Made by a program: the position numbers and the translations under genes. Of a DNA stretch of 64,000 bases, positions 13,801 to 26,522 are shown in pieces. Where the stretch lies: contig OZ024741.1 in assembly GCA_964016885.1 (NCBI GenBank), positions 162,688,001 through 162,752,000 of the forward strand. The letters are read 5' to 3'. A model generated the notes under the pieces. That model saw nothing but the letters and a program-made list of their open reading frames with translations. It searched no databases and was not told where the DNA came from. Positions within the stretch are counted from its first letter, which is position 1, and every line of letters starts with the position of its first letter. Source of the stretch: Eledone cirrhosa. Its lineage: Eukaryota.

Positions 13801-16240
13801 TGTTGTAATACAGAGAGCTTTACTCCATATTATATCTACTGTTATGTCCTAATGTTGTAATACAGAGAGCTTTACTCCATATTATATCTACTGTTATGTC
13901 CTAATGTAATACAGAGAGCTTTACTCCATATTATATCTACTGTTATGTCCTAATGTTGTAATACAGAGAGCTTTACTCCATATTATATCTACTGTTATGT
14001 CCTAATGTAATACAGAGAGCTCTACTCCATATTATATCTACTGTTATGTCCCAATGTAATACAGAGAGCTCTACTCCATATTATATCTACTGTTATGTCC
14101 TAATGTAATACAGAGAGCTTTACTCCATATTATATCTACTGTTATGTCCTAATGTAATGCAGAGAGCTTTACTCCATATTATATCTACTGTTATGTCCTA
14201 ATGTAATACAGAGAGCTTTACTCCATATTATATCTACTGTTATGTCCTAATGTAATACAGAGAGCTTTACTCCATATTATATCTACTGTTATGTCCTAAT
14301 GTTGTAATACAGAGAGCTTTACTCCATATTATATCTACTGTTATGTCCTAATGTAATACAGAGAGCTTTACTCCATATTATATCTAATGTTATGTCCTAA
14401 TGTAATACAGAGAGCTTTACTCCATATTATATCTAATGTTATGTCCTAATGTTGTAATACAGAGAGCTTTACTCCATATTATATCTAATGTTATGTCCTA
14501 ATGTTGTAATACAGAGAGCTTTACTTCATATTATATCTACTGTTATGTCCTAATGTAATACAGAGAGCTTTACTCCATATTATATCTACTGTTATGTCCT
14601 AATGTAATACAGACAGGTTTACTCCATATTATATCTACTGTTATGTCCTAATGTAATACAGAGAGCTTTACTCCATATTATATCTACTGTTATGTCCTAA
14701 TGTAATACAGAGAGCTTTACTCCGTATTATATCTACTGTTATGTCCTAATGTAATACAGAGAGCTCTACTCCATATTATATCTACTGTTATGTCCTAATG
14801 TAATACAGAGAGCTTTACTCCATATTATATCTACTGTTATGTCCTAATGTAATACAGAGAGTTTTACTCCATATTATATCTACTGTTATGTCCTAATGTT
14901 GTAATACAGAGAGCTTTACTCCATATTATATCTACTGTTATGTCCTAATGTTGTAATACAAAGAGCTTTACTCCATATTATATCTACTGTTATGTCCTAA
15001 TGTAATACAGAGAGCTTTACTCCATATTATATCTACTGTTATGTCCTAATGTAATACAGAGAGCTTTACTCCATATTATACCTACTGTTATGTCCTAATG
15101 TTGTAATACAGAGAGCTTTACTTCATATTATATCTACTGTTATGTCCTAATGTAATACAGAGAGCTTTACTCCATATTATATCTACTGTTATGTCCTAAT
15201 ATAATACAGACAGGTTTACTCCATATTATATCTACTGTTATGTCCTAATGTAATACAGAGAGCTTTACTCCATATTATATCTACTGTTATGTCCTAATGT
15301 TGTAATACAGAGAGCTTTACTTCATATTATATCTACTGTTATGTCCTAATGTAATACAGAGAGCTCTACTCCATATTATATCTACTGTTATGTCCTAATG
15401 TAATACAGAGAGCTTTACTCCATATTATATCTACTGTTATGTCCTAATGTAATACAGAGAGCTTTACTCCATATTATATCTACTGTTATGTCCTAATGTA
15501 ATACAGACAGGTTTACTCCATATTATATCTACTGTTATGTCCTAATGTAATACAGAGAGCTTTACTCCATATTATATCTACTGTTATGTCCTAATGTAAT
15601 ACCGAGAGCTTTACTCCATATTATATCTACTGTTATGTCCTAATGTAATACAGACAGGTTTACTCCATATTATATCTACTGTTATGTCCTAATGTAATAC
15701 AGAGAGCTTTACTCCATATTATATCTACTGTTATGTCCTAATGTTGTAATACAGAGAGCTTTACTTCATATTATATCTACTGTTATGTCCTAATGTAATA
15801 CAGAGAGCTCTACTCCATATTATATCTACTGTTATGTCCTAATGTAATACAGAGAGCTTTACTTCATATTATATCTACTGTTATGTCCTAATGTAATACA
15901 GAGAGCTTTACTCCATACTATATCTAATGTTATGTCCTAATGTTGTAATACAGAGAGCTTTACTCCATATTATATCTACTGTTATGTCCTAATGTAATAC
16001 AGAGAGCTTTACTCCATATTATATCTACTGTTATGTCCTAATGTAATACAGACAGGTTTACTCCATATTATATCTACTGTTATGTCCTAATGTAATACAG
16101 AGAGCTTTACTCCATATTATATCTACTCTTAAGTCCTAATGCCGTAATACAGCCAGTTTAAATCATATGTTATTTACTGTTATGTCCTCATGTTGTAATA
16201 CAGACAGCTTTACTCCGTATCATATATTCTGTTATGTTCC
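10867..16240. repeat. Satellite/minisatellite array, 49-bp monomer with 52- and 53-bp variants, ~107 copies
   Basis: Unit TAATACAGAGAGCTTTACTCCATATTATATCTACTGTTATGTCCTAATG(+TTG); no unique spacers; degenerate right end. Confidence 0.97.
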
Positions 16241-16311
16241 CTGTTTGTCAAACATGAGCGTCTCTTAGTTCAATGTTATACTCATTTATCAATTGTATTA
16301 TAAAGTTAGGA

Positions 16312-16530
16312 GAGGGCGATGGATTAGCAGAATCGCCAGATCGTCGGACAAATGCTTAGCTGCATTTGTTCCAATTCTTTACGTTCTGAGTTCACATTCC
16401 GTCGAGGTCATCTTTGTTTTTCCCCGTTTCGAGGTCGATAAAATGAAATACCAGTAAAGTATTAGGGTCGGTATAATCGCCTTCCTCATCCCACAAATTG
16501 TTGTCGTCGTGCTTAAATTAGAAATGATTA
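16312..16530 (+). mobile_element. Older diverged tRNA-derived SINE
   Basis: TAGCAGAATCG..GAGTTCACATTCC..GAGGTCGATAAAATGAAATACCAG. Confidence 0.65.
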
Positions 16531-16549
16531 TGAAGTTATGAATTTAAGA

Positions 16550-16760
16550 TCTTTAGGAGATCCTATAAAATTCAAAAAGTCTTTGGACAAATTCCTCCAA
16601 GAAATCAAGGATAAACCTCCTACACCCGGATATGTCTTCATAAATAATAACTCTCTAATTGAATGGGCCATGGTGTCCAAATCCTGATTTGAAAGACTTC
16701 TCAAGGTGATGCTCTTAAGTCAGACATGGCTTGGGCCAATATTGGCCGAAACCTGATGAC
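16550..16760 (+). mobile_element. CR1/L2-group LINE 3' end
   Basis: Translation FKKSLDKFLQEIKDKPPTPGYVFINNNSLIEW followed by a short 3' stem-loop (GGCCAA-TA-TTGGCC). Confidence 0.6.
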
Positions 16761-17050
16761 CTACTTAGAATTTATCTTTGTTTAGGAGTAATAAAATTCT
16801 ATAGACCTTTGTTGGTCTTTTGGTTTAGACTGTTACTGGACCGGTGACATCAGACAATAATGCCAAGGTACTAACTTTCTCATTTTGTCTGCGTCCGTCA
16901 AACGATCTAGATGAGTAAGTCTTGTTTCGTCAATATTTTGCTATTATCTGATGGTGTGGCCGAATATTTTAGTCTTGTAGATACGTGTATATTTTATTTA
17001 ATCTTAATTGTGGTTTACATTCGAGTGTATATATTACGTTTGCTTTATAT

Positions 17051-17957
17051 TAATAATTGTTTCTACTTTTGGTAAAAAGCCAGAAATTATCCCAGTGCAT
17101 TACTGGTGCGTTATTTTATCGACCCCTTAAGGATGAAAGGCAACGTTAACCTCGGCGGGATTTGAACTCAGAACGTAAAGGGCCATAACTTTTATATTAA
17201 TAATTGTTTCTACTTTTGGCACTAGGCCAGCAATTATCCCAGTGTATTACTGGTACTTTATTTCATCGACCCCGTAAGGATGAAAGGTAAAGTTAACCTC
17301 GGCGGGATTTAAACTGAGACAATAAAGGGCCGTAACTCTTTGCTGCAAAGCATGGTGTCCGACCCTCTACCGATACTGCCAATCCACCAGAAAGATTTCT
17401 ACTATAAGCACAAGGTCAGCAATTTTGGGGCTGGAGGAAAGTCGATTAAATCAACCCCAGTGCATTACTGGTGATTTATTTTATCGACCCCGTAAGGATG
17501 AAAGGCAAAGTTTACCTCGGTGGGATTTGAACTCAGAACGTAAAGGGCCATAACTTTTATATGAATAATTGTTTCTAATTTTGGCACAAGGATCAGCAAT
17601 TATCCCAGTGTATTACTGGTACTTTATTTCATCGACCCTGTAAGGATGAAAGGCAAAGTTAACCTTGGCGGGATTTGAACTCAGAACGTAAAGTGACGTA
17701 ACTATGCTGTAAAGCATGGTGTCCGATCCTCTACCGATGCTGCCAATTCACCGTCCTTTTTTATTAATAATTGTTTCTACTATTGGCACAAGGCCAGAAA
17801 TTACCCAGTACATTACTGGTACTTTATTTTATCGACCCCGTAAGGATGAAAGGCAAAGTTAACCTCGGTGGGATTTGAACTCAGAATGGCAAGGGCCGTA
17901 ACTCTATGCGTCAAAGCATGGTGTCCGATCCTCTACCGATACTGCCAATTCACCGTC
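17051..17957 (-). mobile_element. Cluster of five head-to-tail young SINE copies
   Basis: ATCGACCCCGTAAGGATGAAAGGCAAAGTTAACCTCGG recurs five times with minor variants, all in one orientation. Confidence 0.9.
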
Positions 17958-20106
17958 CTTTTGTATTAATAATGACACTTTATATTAATTTTATATTAAT
18001 AATGCCACCGAGATTTTAACCTTTTGCGTTGCCTTTAGTTATATTTTCTGATATCTTATTTGTATTCTTCATCGTGGATTCATTTCGCTTATTTCTTAAT
18101 AAATTGAAGTATTTTATTTATTTTCATTTTTGATTTTAGGTTATGGAATAGGAACTAGACTTCTTGTTTCTTCATCTTGTAATCGTTTCGCTCATTTATT
18201 TAAAAGCTTAACATTTTATTTAATGTTAATGATGTTTTACATTCGAGTGTGTATATTATGTTTATTTTGTATTAACAATGACACTGAGATATATACCTTT
18301 TGCATCGCCTTTTGTTATAGTATTTTCTGATATCATATTTATATTTTTCATCATGGATTCATTTCGCTTATTTCTTAATAAATTGGGTATTTTCTTTTCT
18401 TTTTCTTTTGGTTTTTAGGTTATGGAATAGGAACTAGATTTATTTTATTCTTATCTTGATTACCCGGAGGAGGTGTAGTTGAGAGGAAATGACTGACATT
18501 AAATACTTACAGTATTACCACCAATTTCCTAGTAAATATGAAGAACGATTGACACTATTAAATAAAAATGTAACTAATAGTATTCAAATAGAGAGACACA
18601 ACATCCTTTCATTATTAACAACACGCTGTTTCCAACCACCTAATATATATAAGAAATAATCATATTAATATATTAGTAGGAAATAATTTTCAGAACCACA
18701 TACATCTTTTCGTTTACTTTTCATTTACTTCATCGGTTAGTTTCAAACTGAGAATGTAAATTCAAATTTTCCTTATAACTGACAATATTTCTTCTTGCTT
18801 TATATGAATCCGTTATATTTTAAAATTGTTTTTGTTTGCTTATCATTTGTAACACATACTTAAGTTTTCAGCCTGGTTTATCTACATAAAATCTCATCTA
18901 CGTTGGAGTTTTACCATTCATACAAATATAATGTTTTCGCCCACACGGTACTTCACAACATGAAGATGTTTTATAAATACATTTTAGAGTTTGTTCAGAG
19001 TTATTGAAATATTTTGCATATGCCGAAGACATGCAGCCTTCAACGATTGCCAAATCGATTAAGGGTAATTAAATAAATACCATGGCTATCCTCTTGATAT
19101 AGTAGCTCAAATAAGTCATTATAGAAATATGAACATAACTGTTGTATACATACGATATACACACTGTTATTGTTGTTTACTTGACTAGCCCTATAATGAA
19201 AGGTATTCCCACCGTGATCAGCATGTATTTTTTGTTGGCACGGTTCCTCTAGAATCACATTCTACAATGTGTTTTTGTGATTTGCGGGACATTTACTTAC
19301 AATTTCTAGCAGTTCAAGCGATCGGGGAGAGGCTCTAAAGCAATGTGAATCAACGATACATTGATGCAATAATTATAACAGTATAGTGTTTGTAATGTTA
19401 TTTATTAATCTGTGAAATAGTTATCAAGATCAATAAATAAAGTTCCTGTCAAGAACTAGGTCAATATAATTGAATTCGCCACCCACAAAATTGCGAACTT
19501 TAACCTACCTGATTGAGAAACAATTAATTATTAGGTGTTGAGACAAAATAAAATACCATTTTCTTTCTCATCTATCTGCCCATATAAATTACTTCAACAA
19601 AATAATGTGTGACTTTACAAATATATGTAATTACAATGTCTTAGTTGTCAACAAACATGAAATTTCTGTGGGTCCAGCTAGTATAAATTAGTGAACTATA
19701 TACCATTTAGTATATAAAAAACCCCATTATTATAAGATATATTCTTTCCTTCCTTCTGTTCTTCTAGCATTCATGCCACCACGGAGCAGACATGCCAACC
19801 TCTAAAAACCCAAACGGGGAGTACCATGAAAAAAAGTGCCCCAAAACGGAGAGAAATGAGGCAAACGGGGAGATTTTACATACCCATTTTCACAAGAGAA
19901 GACATCTCTCTCCCAACCCAAAGTGGGTGAGAGATCTCCCCGTCGAACGGGGAGTGTTGACAGGTCTGACGTTGCTACTCGTTAGTGAAGACGGAAGAAA
20001 GAAGGTTCCATCACAATACTGGACTAGCACTTTATACATCGGTCCTCGAAGGAATGAAAGGCAGCTGAAGTCGACTGGATTTGAATCATAGTGTAGAAAC
20101 ACAGTT

Positions 20107-20375
20107 GAGGCACGTGGCCCAGTGGTAAGGGTGTTGGACTTACGATCATAATGTCGCGGGTTCGATTCCGGGGCTGCGTGTTGTGTTCTTGAGCAAAACA
20201 CTTCATTTCACGTTGCCCCAGTATACTCATATGAAAATGAGTACCAGCAATAGCTGGGGGTTTAACTCTGCGATGGACTGGCGTCCTGTCCAGGTGGGAG
20301 TCTTGTACTCTCAGTCGCTTCACGCCATGAAACCATGATAAGTACCGACCAAATGAACCTTCTGGCTTAAGATAG
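20107..20375 (+). mobile_element. tRNA-derived SINE, second family (Meta-like central domain)
   Basis: A box TGGCCCAGTGGTAAG, B box GGTTCGATTCC, GTGTTCTTGAGCAAAACACTTCATTTCACGTTGC; relatives at ~23180-23420 and 35565-35815. Confidence 0.75.
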
Positions 20376-20699
20376 ACGAGACATTTTAGTAGAAAAACAG
20401 AACAAATAACACAAGGCAATCTATCTGACGTTCTAATTAGCCATTTTATGTTAGTTAGCACTATCGTGTCACTGAAGACAAAATTGTAGGTTCTCATGTG
20501 TCAGTGTCCTGGCAATAACATCCATTATTTTTATCTCTATTTACATTAACTGCAGTAAAGGTAAGAAACTGTTTTATTTATTCCTTGTTTGACTGAATAT
20601 AATGTAGGCAGTGTGTGTGAGAGGTGCCAATCGTCTCAATTAACTAGTTGCTGTTAGCGTTTAACTAAAGGCCAGTCCTGATTTAGCAGATCTATCTAC

Positions 20700-22470
20700 A
20701 TTACCGTCCAGATCATGCCGTTCGCAATCACGCGTTTCATTCGACAGGGATGCCCTCTCTCCTCCATTCTGTACGTATTGACTCTAGAGCCACTATTGCG
20801 GAAGTTGGAGCTTTTGCAGGGCATCCCTTTAGAACCGGGACTGCGAAAAGCGGCGTATGCCGACGACGTGACGGTAATGGTGTCGAAAACCTCGGAAATC
20901 ATCGAGTTAATCGGCAACCTACTATAGGAATACGAAAGGTTCACAGGAGCAAAACTGAACCCGGACAAGTCTGTCGGTTTGCAACTCAGAACGTGGAGAG
21001 GCAAACTGATGCCGTCCGACAGCGTCGTCGGACGCTGGACGGAAGGACCAGTGAAATTCCTCGGGGTCTGGTTCGATCCAGACCTCCAGGTGGAGAAAAA
21101 CTGGTCATGGTCAAGGTATTAGCGCTCACCCAGAAGTGGGGAGAGTGCAAACTGTCTTTGAAAGGTCGAGTGGAGGTGGCGAACACTTTCATAGCGTCCG
21201 TCATCTACAACCGCTTAACTGTCGTGCCTTGTCCCCGTGAATACCTCACCAAGATGGAACGCATGCTCTTCCAGTTCTTGTGGAAGAAGCAGGCTCCACT
21301 GGTGAGGAGATCCGTCTGCTGTCAACACCCTTCCAACGGAGGGCTGGGCATGCCGTGGCTAATGATGTGCAAACATGCGCTGAGGCTACGGCATCTCCGG
21401 GTATTCCCCACCGACCAACCGGTGTGGGCACAGTTTCTGACACAGGCCTTCCCACAACTTGTCTCGCTGACGGAGCTGCAGTCCTTGGTCAAGCGAAGAC
21501 CGAAGAAGATGGGCGCCTGGCACATTGAATGCGCCTAGGCACTCACAGTCCTCTGTCAAGCGGGCACAGCAATCAGTGAAGACTCCACTTCGACATTCTA
21601 TAGAGGGTTAGTACTTTACAAGTGCGACGACGTGCTCGGGGAGACTCTAGGCGTCGAAGACGACGAGCTCACCAGTCTGTTCGGTAGGACTTTACGCCCG
21701 GGACCTATGGACAACTTCCAGAGGTCCCTGGCCTGGCAGCGCTACCGAAGAGCTCTACCCGTTCGAGACAAGATCTACAGGCACGGACGTCCCGACAGGG
21801 ATCCTTCCAAGAGGACGTGTCCAAGATGCGAGCAGGACATTGAAACCGTCTTGCACGCAATTGTACACTGCCCGGGCGTAAGCGACCTGTGGAACTATGC
21901 AGAACAACTGCTGTCGCATATGGGACAAATCCAGTTGACTGCCGAGTTCATAGTAAGGATCAAACCGCCAGCCTCTTTCAAAAACGAAAGGGAGGCGGTT
22001 TTCCTCTGTACAGTGGCTATGATGAAAGAGGTTATATGGTGGACGAGATTGAGAGGACTGAGGACAGATGCCTTTCTCTCCGGACAACAATTGATTCCCT
22101 TCTTTAAGTATCACTTTAGAAGGAGAATCAAAGTGGAGAGAGAGGCACTGCACCCCAGTAAATTTACTGAAAGGTGGGTGAATGAAGCGAAAATGGTCCG
22201 AGTGATTGGGCCTTCTCTGTTTATAAGCCTGTAGGTTAAAGAAGAGAGCAAAAGGAAGAAGGGAGCACTTGCACAACACGCTCCTGAAATTGAGGGTTGT
22301 TCTATCGACGGGGTATTAAACAACCCATTTGTGGCGCCTCCCCCTATTGGGGATATTTAGATTGTTATAATTGTTTGTTTCAATATTTTTACACGACTGT
22401 ATGTAAAATCCCCGGCATGTGTCTTTGTATTGTCCCCCTTTCTTGTGCGCCCTTGTGGCAAATAAAGAAA
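20700..22470 (+). mobile_element. 5'-truncated Tx1/L1-group LINE (disrupted ORF2 RT plus CCHC knuckle, 3' UTR)
   Basis: IRQGCPLSSILYVLTLEPLL, AYADDVTV, LSLKGRV, NGGLGMP and CPRCEQDIETVLHAIVHC across frameshifted ORFs; AATAAAG near 22460. Confidence 0.9.
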
Positions 22471-22769
22471 TATATCTATGGCTACATTATGTAAATCTTA
22501 TAAATCTTATCAAGGGATGACACATGTATCATAATTCTTTTTTCTCGGCACCTGTGCTTTGCTGTTGTTGTTGTTGTTGTTTATAATGATGCTTTTGATT
22601 CAGCGTAATGACTAGTGTAACAGTGATTCTTTCCTCGTCTACTAAACTATATGGATGAACCAACTTAAAGTTAGCATTGCTCATGTATTTTTTGCCCAAC
22701 AAGGCGGAAGAGTGATTTATGAGAAATTTGTCCGCTAATTCTAGCATGTCGAACTATCACATAGATACT

Positions 22770-23058
22770 TTGTTTCTACTTTTGGCACAAGGCCAGCAAT
22801 TATCCCAGTGTATTACTGGTACTTTATTTTATCGACCCCATAAGGATGAAAGGCAAAGTTAACCTCGGCGGGATTTGAACTCAGACCATAAAGGGCCGTA
22901 ACTCTTTGCTGCAAAGCATGGTGTCCGACCCTCTACCGATACTGCCAATCCAAATTAATTGTTTCTACTTTTGGCACAAGGCCAGCAATTACCCAGTTTC
23001 ATTACTGGTACTTTATTTTATCGACCCCGTAAGGATGAAAGGCAAAGTTAATCTCAGC
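22770..23058 (-). mobile_element. Two tandem young SINE copies
   Basis: Same consensus as 6812-7003. Confidence 0.85.
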
Positions 23059-23851
23059 AGTAGATTAGTGATTAAGATGTTGGTCTTACGATCGTGAAAT
23101 CGTGTGTTTGAACAGGTGGCATGTTATGTCATTGAGCAAGACTCTTTATATTAAGTTGCTACAGTACACATAAACATGTTGGCTTACGATCATAAAGTCG
23201 TGGGTTCGATTCCTGAACTGGGTTGTGTGTTATGTTCTCTAATAAAACACTTTATTTCACGCGACTCCAGTATACTCAGCTGAAAATGAGTATCAACAAT
23301 AACTGGAGGTTTAACGCTTCAATGGATTGGTGTCTTGTCCAGGAAGCAGTCTTGTACTCTCAGTCACTGCCGAAAACTGATATAAGCACTGGCCTGATGA
23401 GACTGCAGGCTTGAACTTGAACAGACTTTAGACGGTTCACATAGCTGGAAAAACCTACTTGTACCTCTAATTCAAAGTGTGAAAACTGTCTTGCCACACA
23501 TTGTTATGCTGAATTTCCCCGAGAATTACCTTAATGGTACACACGTCACTGGAACATTCATCGTGGTAGCCGACGGAGGTCGAATACCCATCAGACAACA
23601 GAAACTCGCGAGCACCCAGTGAATCAGTTTGTAGCATATGGTAGACCGTTTAATTGTATTTTCGTTTGATATTTTCCTGAATTATGTTGCTATTACTATT
23701 TAAATATTCATTTAAGAAAACAAAATAATCTCTTGCGTAATTCTCTTTACATGAAAGGGATAAAAGATATGAAACAACACAAATGTAGAACAAATACAAA
23801 ACACAACAAATAAAGCACATCAATACAAACTTACGCTAACACCCACACATA

Positions 23852-23933
23852 CATGTGTGTGTATGTATGTATGTACACACACATTCATATATATATATTA
23901 TATATATACACACACACATATATATATATATGT

Positions 23934-23964
<31 letters not shown>

Positions 23965-24077
23965 CATACACACACACATATATATGTATACATACATATA
24001 TATATATACATACACACACATATATATATATGTATACATACATATATATATATACATACACACACATATATATATGT

Positions 24078-24140
<63 letters not shown>

Positions 24141-24241
24141 CACACACATATATATATGTATACATACATATATATATATACATACACACACATATATTCG
24201 AGATACATACATACACACACACACACATATATATATATATA
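23852..24241. repeat. Compound (TA)/(CA)/(TACA) microsatellite
   Basis: Directly visible. Confidence 0.95.
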
Positions 24242-24784
24242 TTAAACAATCTGGAGCTTATTTGAATGACTTTATTTGAAATACATTGGAAATCCTCTTT
24301 AACTGTATTTATGTATAATCTTATCTTAATGTGTAGTAATCCTTTTAGTTTTAAATCAATTGATTTTGCTGCTTTTTCAATCCTGTCATTTTGTTTGCTT
24401 CGTTAGGGAGGTCATATTTTGACAGAGTGTAGGAACTAGATATACGAAAACTTTACCACCCGCTATATCGGTTTCGGCTTCTCAGTCTACAGAATCACCT
24501 ATATAATTCTGCCGCCGTTGCTGATGCAAGTTTGGTTCTTTAGTGTTTCAGTTTAAAAAAAAAATCATTTTACAATCTTTTTTACTTTATCTTTTTGTTT
24601 AGTGTTTGGCAGGTACCGTAGGAGTTGGAGTTTAACTCTTGATTCTACGGTTTGAGGATATGTATGTATACATACACACACACATACACATACATATATC
24701 GTTTACTGCACTAACTGAACAAGTTTGCCGGGGAACCTTAATTATTACAATTGCCGATATATATATGTTGTCGATATTTATTTA

Positions 24785-24980
24785 GGGCGGTGGATTGGCA
24801 GTATCGGTAGAGTGTCGGACGCCATGCTTTGCAGCATAGAGTTACGGTCCATTATGATCTAAGTTCAAATCCCGCCGAGGTTAACTTTGCCTTTCATCCT
24901 TACGGGTTCGATAAAATAAAATACCAGTAATACACTGAAGTGATTGCTGGCCTTCTGCTAAAAGTAGAAACAGTTATTTA
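24785..24980 (+). mobile_element. Young SINE, full length
   Basis: GGGCGGTGGATTGGCAGTATCGGTAG ... AAGTTCAAATCCC ... AAAGTAGAAACAGTTATT. Confidence 0.85.
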
Positions 24981-25147
24981 TTTAAGAGTTTATTTTTGAG
25001 AGTTGCGTATGTCTTATCTCATTAACAACTAACATGTAGGCAGCATGGAGCACTCTACATATGTAGTATGTACTGAAAGGCAAAGTTAACTTTGGCTGGA
25101 TTTGAATTCAGACAGTCAACAGCCGAAACAAATATTTAATATCGATG

Positions 25148-25262
25148 ATCCCACCGCGGCCCCGGGGGACAGAATGAGAAGGCGTTTCCCCGGAGGATGG
25201 TGAGGGTGGCGCGCTGAAAGAGCCATTCCATCTCGTGAGACTCACACCTGTGGGTAGCCTGG
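25148..25262 (-). mobile_element. CRE-clade non-LTR 3' fragment
   Basis: Similar to 26320-26420 (EMEWLFQRATLTILRGNAFSF). Confidence 0.6.
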
Positions 25263-25842
25263 ATAAAAAATTATCAGTCAAGTACTGCGGTCGATTCTTC
25301 TTCTACTACTCTTTCTCATTTCATCTCCCTAACTTTCTCTCTTCTTGTCTGGAAAACATAAGCTGTGTTCAGCCCTGGGAGGGATAGGTTTCGTTAGGTT
25401 TAAGGTGTTACTAAAGCGCCCCTATAACTCCATCAGGAGTTACGAGTTCATATATACATACTTAACTGGAACTATATTTTATCTGTTCCGGAAAGATAAA
25501 AGGCAAATTTAACATAGACAGGATTTGAAATCAGAACCTAATTAAACGTCACACAACTTATTTACTACTGTTAATTAAATAAATAAAAATCAAATTAAAT
25601 TGTACAAAGGAAACGTCTACATTATCTTAAATAAAACGCTGGGAGTGTTTCAGGAGAAACACGACTGTTTGTTTCCAGGCATCACATTTAGAATGATTGT
25701 CATAGCCATGGCGTAAGACCTCATTCCACCTATGATATTTTGCAAAATGAATAATTTGTACCACATTGAAGAAAAAAACTTTACTACTAAGAACTGGATA
25801 ATAAATAGAATATAAGAATAAATATAATATAATAATAATATA

Positions 25843-26180
25843 ATAATTGTTTCTACTTTTGGCACAAGGCCAGCAATTATCCCAGCGCATTACTGGTACT
25901 TTATTTTATCGACCCCGTAAGGATGAAAGGCAAAGTTAACCTCGGATTGGCACAAGGCCAGCAATTATTCCAGGCCATTACTGGTGCTTTATTTTAACCA
26001 CCCGGTAAGGATGAAAGGCAAAATAATAATAATAATAATAATAATAATTGTTTCTACTTTAGGCACAAGGTCAGTAATTAACCAGTGCATTACTGGTACT
26101 TTATTTTATCGACCCCGTAAGGATGAAAGGCAAAGTCAACCTCAGCGTGATTTGAACTCAGATCGTAAAGGGACGTAACT
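25843..26180 (-). mobile_element. Three partial young SINE copies in tandem, associated with (TAA)n
   Basis: Repeated SINE 3' halves, two of them preceded by AATAATAAT runs. Confidence 0.85.
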
Positions 26181-26522
26181 AATAATAATGGTGGTAAACA
26201 TACACATACACGTACACTAGGTCCGAACACAGAGGAGCCGAACCCCCACTGTCATCGCCTCCCCATCTCGCACTATCATGAGCAAACAGGGTCTCACGTG
26301 TTGGCCGCCTCACAGTCCTGGCGGACAGAATAGAGAAGGCGTTTCCCCAGAGGATGGTAAGGGAGATGCGCTGGAAGAGCCATTCCATCTCGTGAGGCTC
26401 ACACCTGCGGCTCGCCTGCTCAGCGCCTATGGTGGTAAGTAGGGAGGTAGCTCTAGGGCAAAGGACACCAGAAGTCTCCACTGCAAGGGGCTCGATTGCA
26501 AACCTGTCGGAGAGCGACCGAT
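26180..26522 (-). mobile_element. CRE-clade non-LTR retrotransposon 3' end (RLE C-terminus)
   Basis: EPLAVETSGVLCPRATSLLTTIG...EMEWLFQRISLTILWGNAFSIL matches the CRE C-terminal P.AVET.G / QRIS..I.RGNA motifs; (TTA)n tail. Confidence 0.7.

Noticed and set aside
10867-16240. CRISPR-like regular repeat array
   Set aside because: Units are contiguous with no unique spacers, there are no cas genes, and the context is eukaryotic; it is a satellite.
20107-20180. tRNA gene
   Set aside because: The A/B boxes belong to SINE heads; no full cloverleaf, and the sequence continues into the SINE body.
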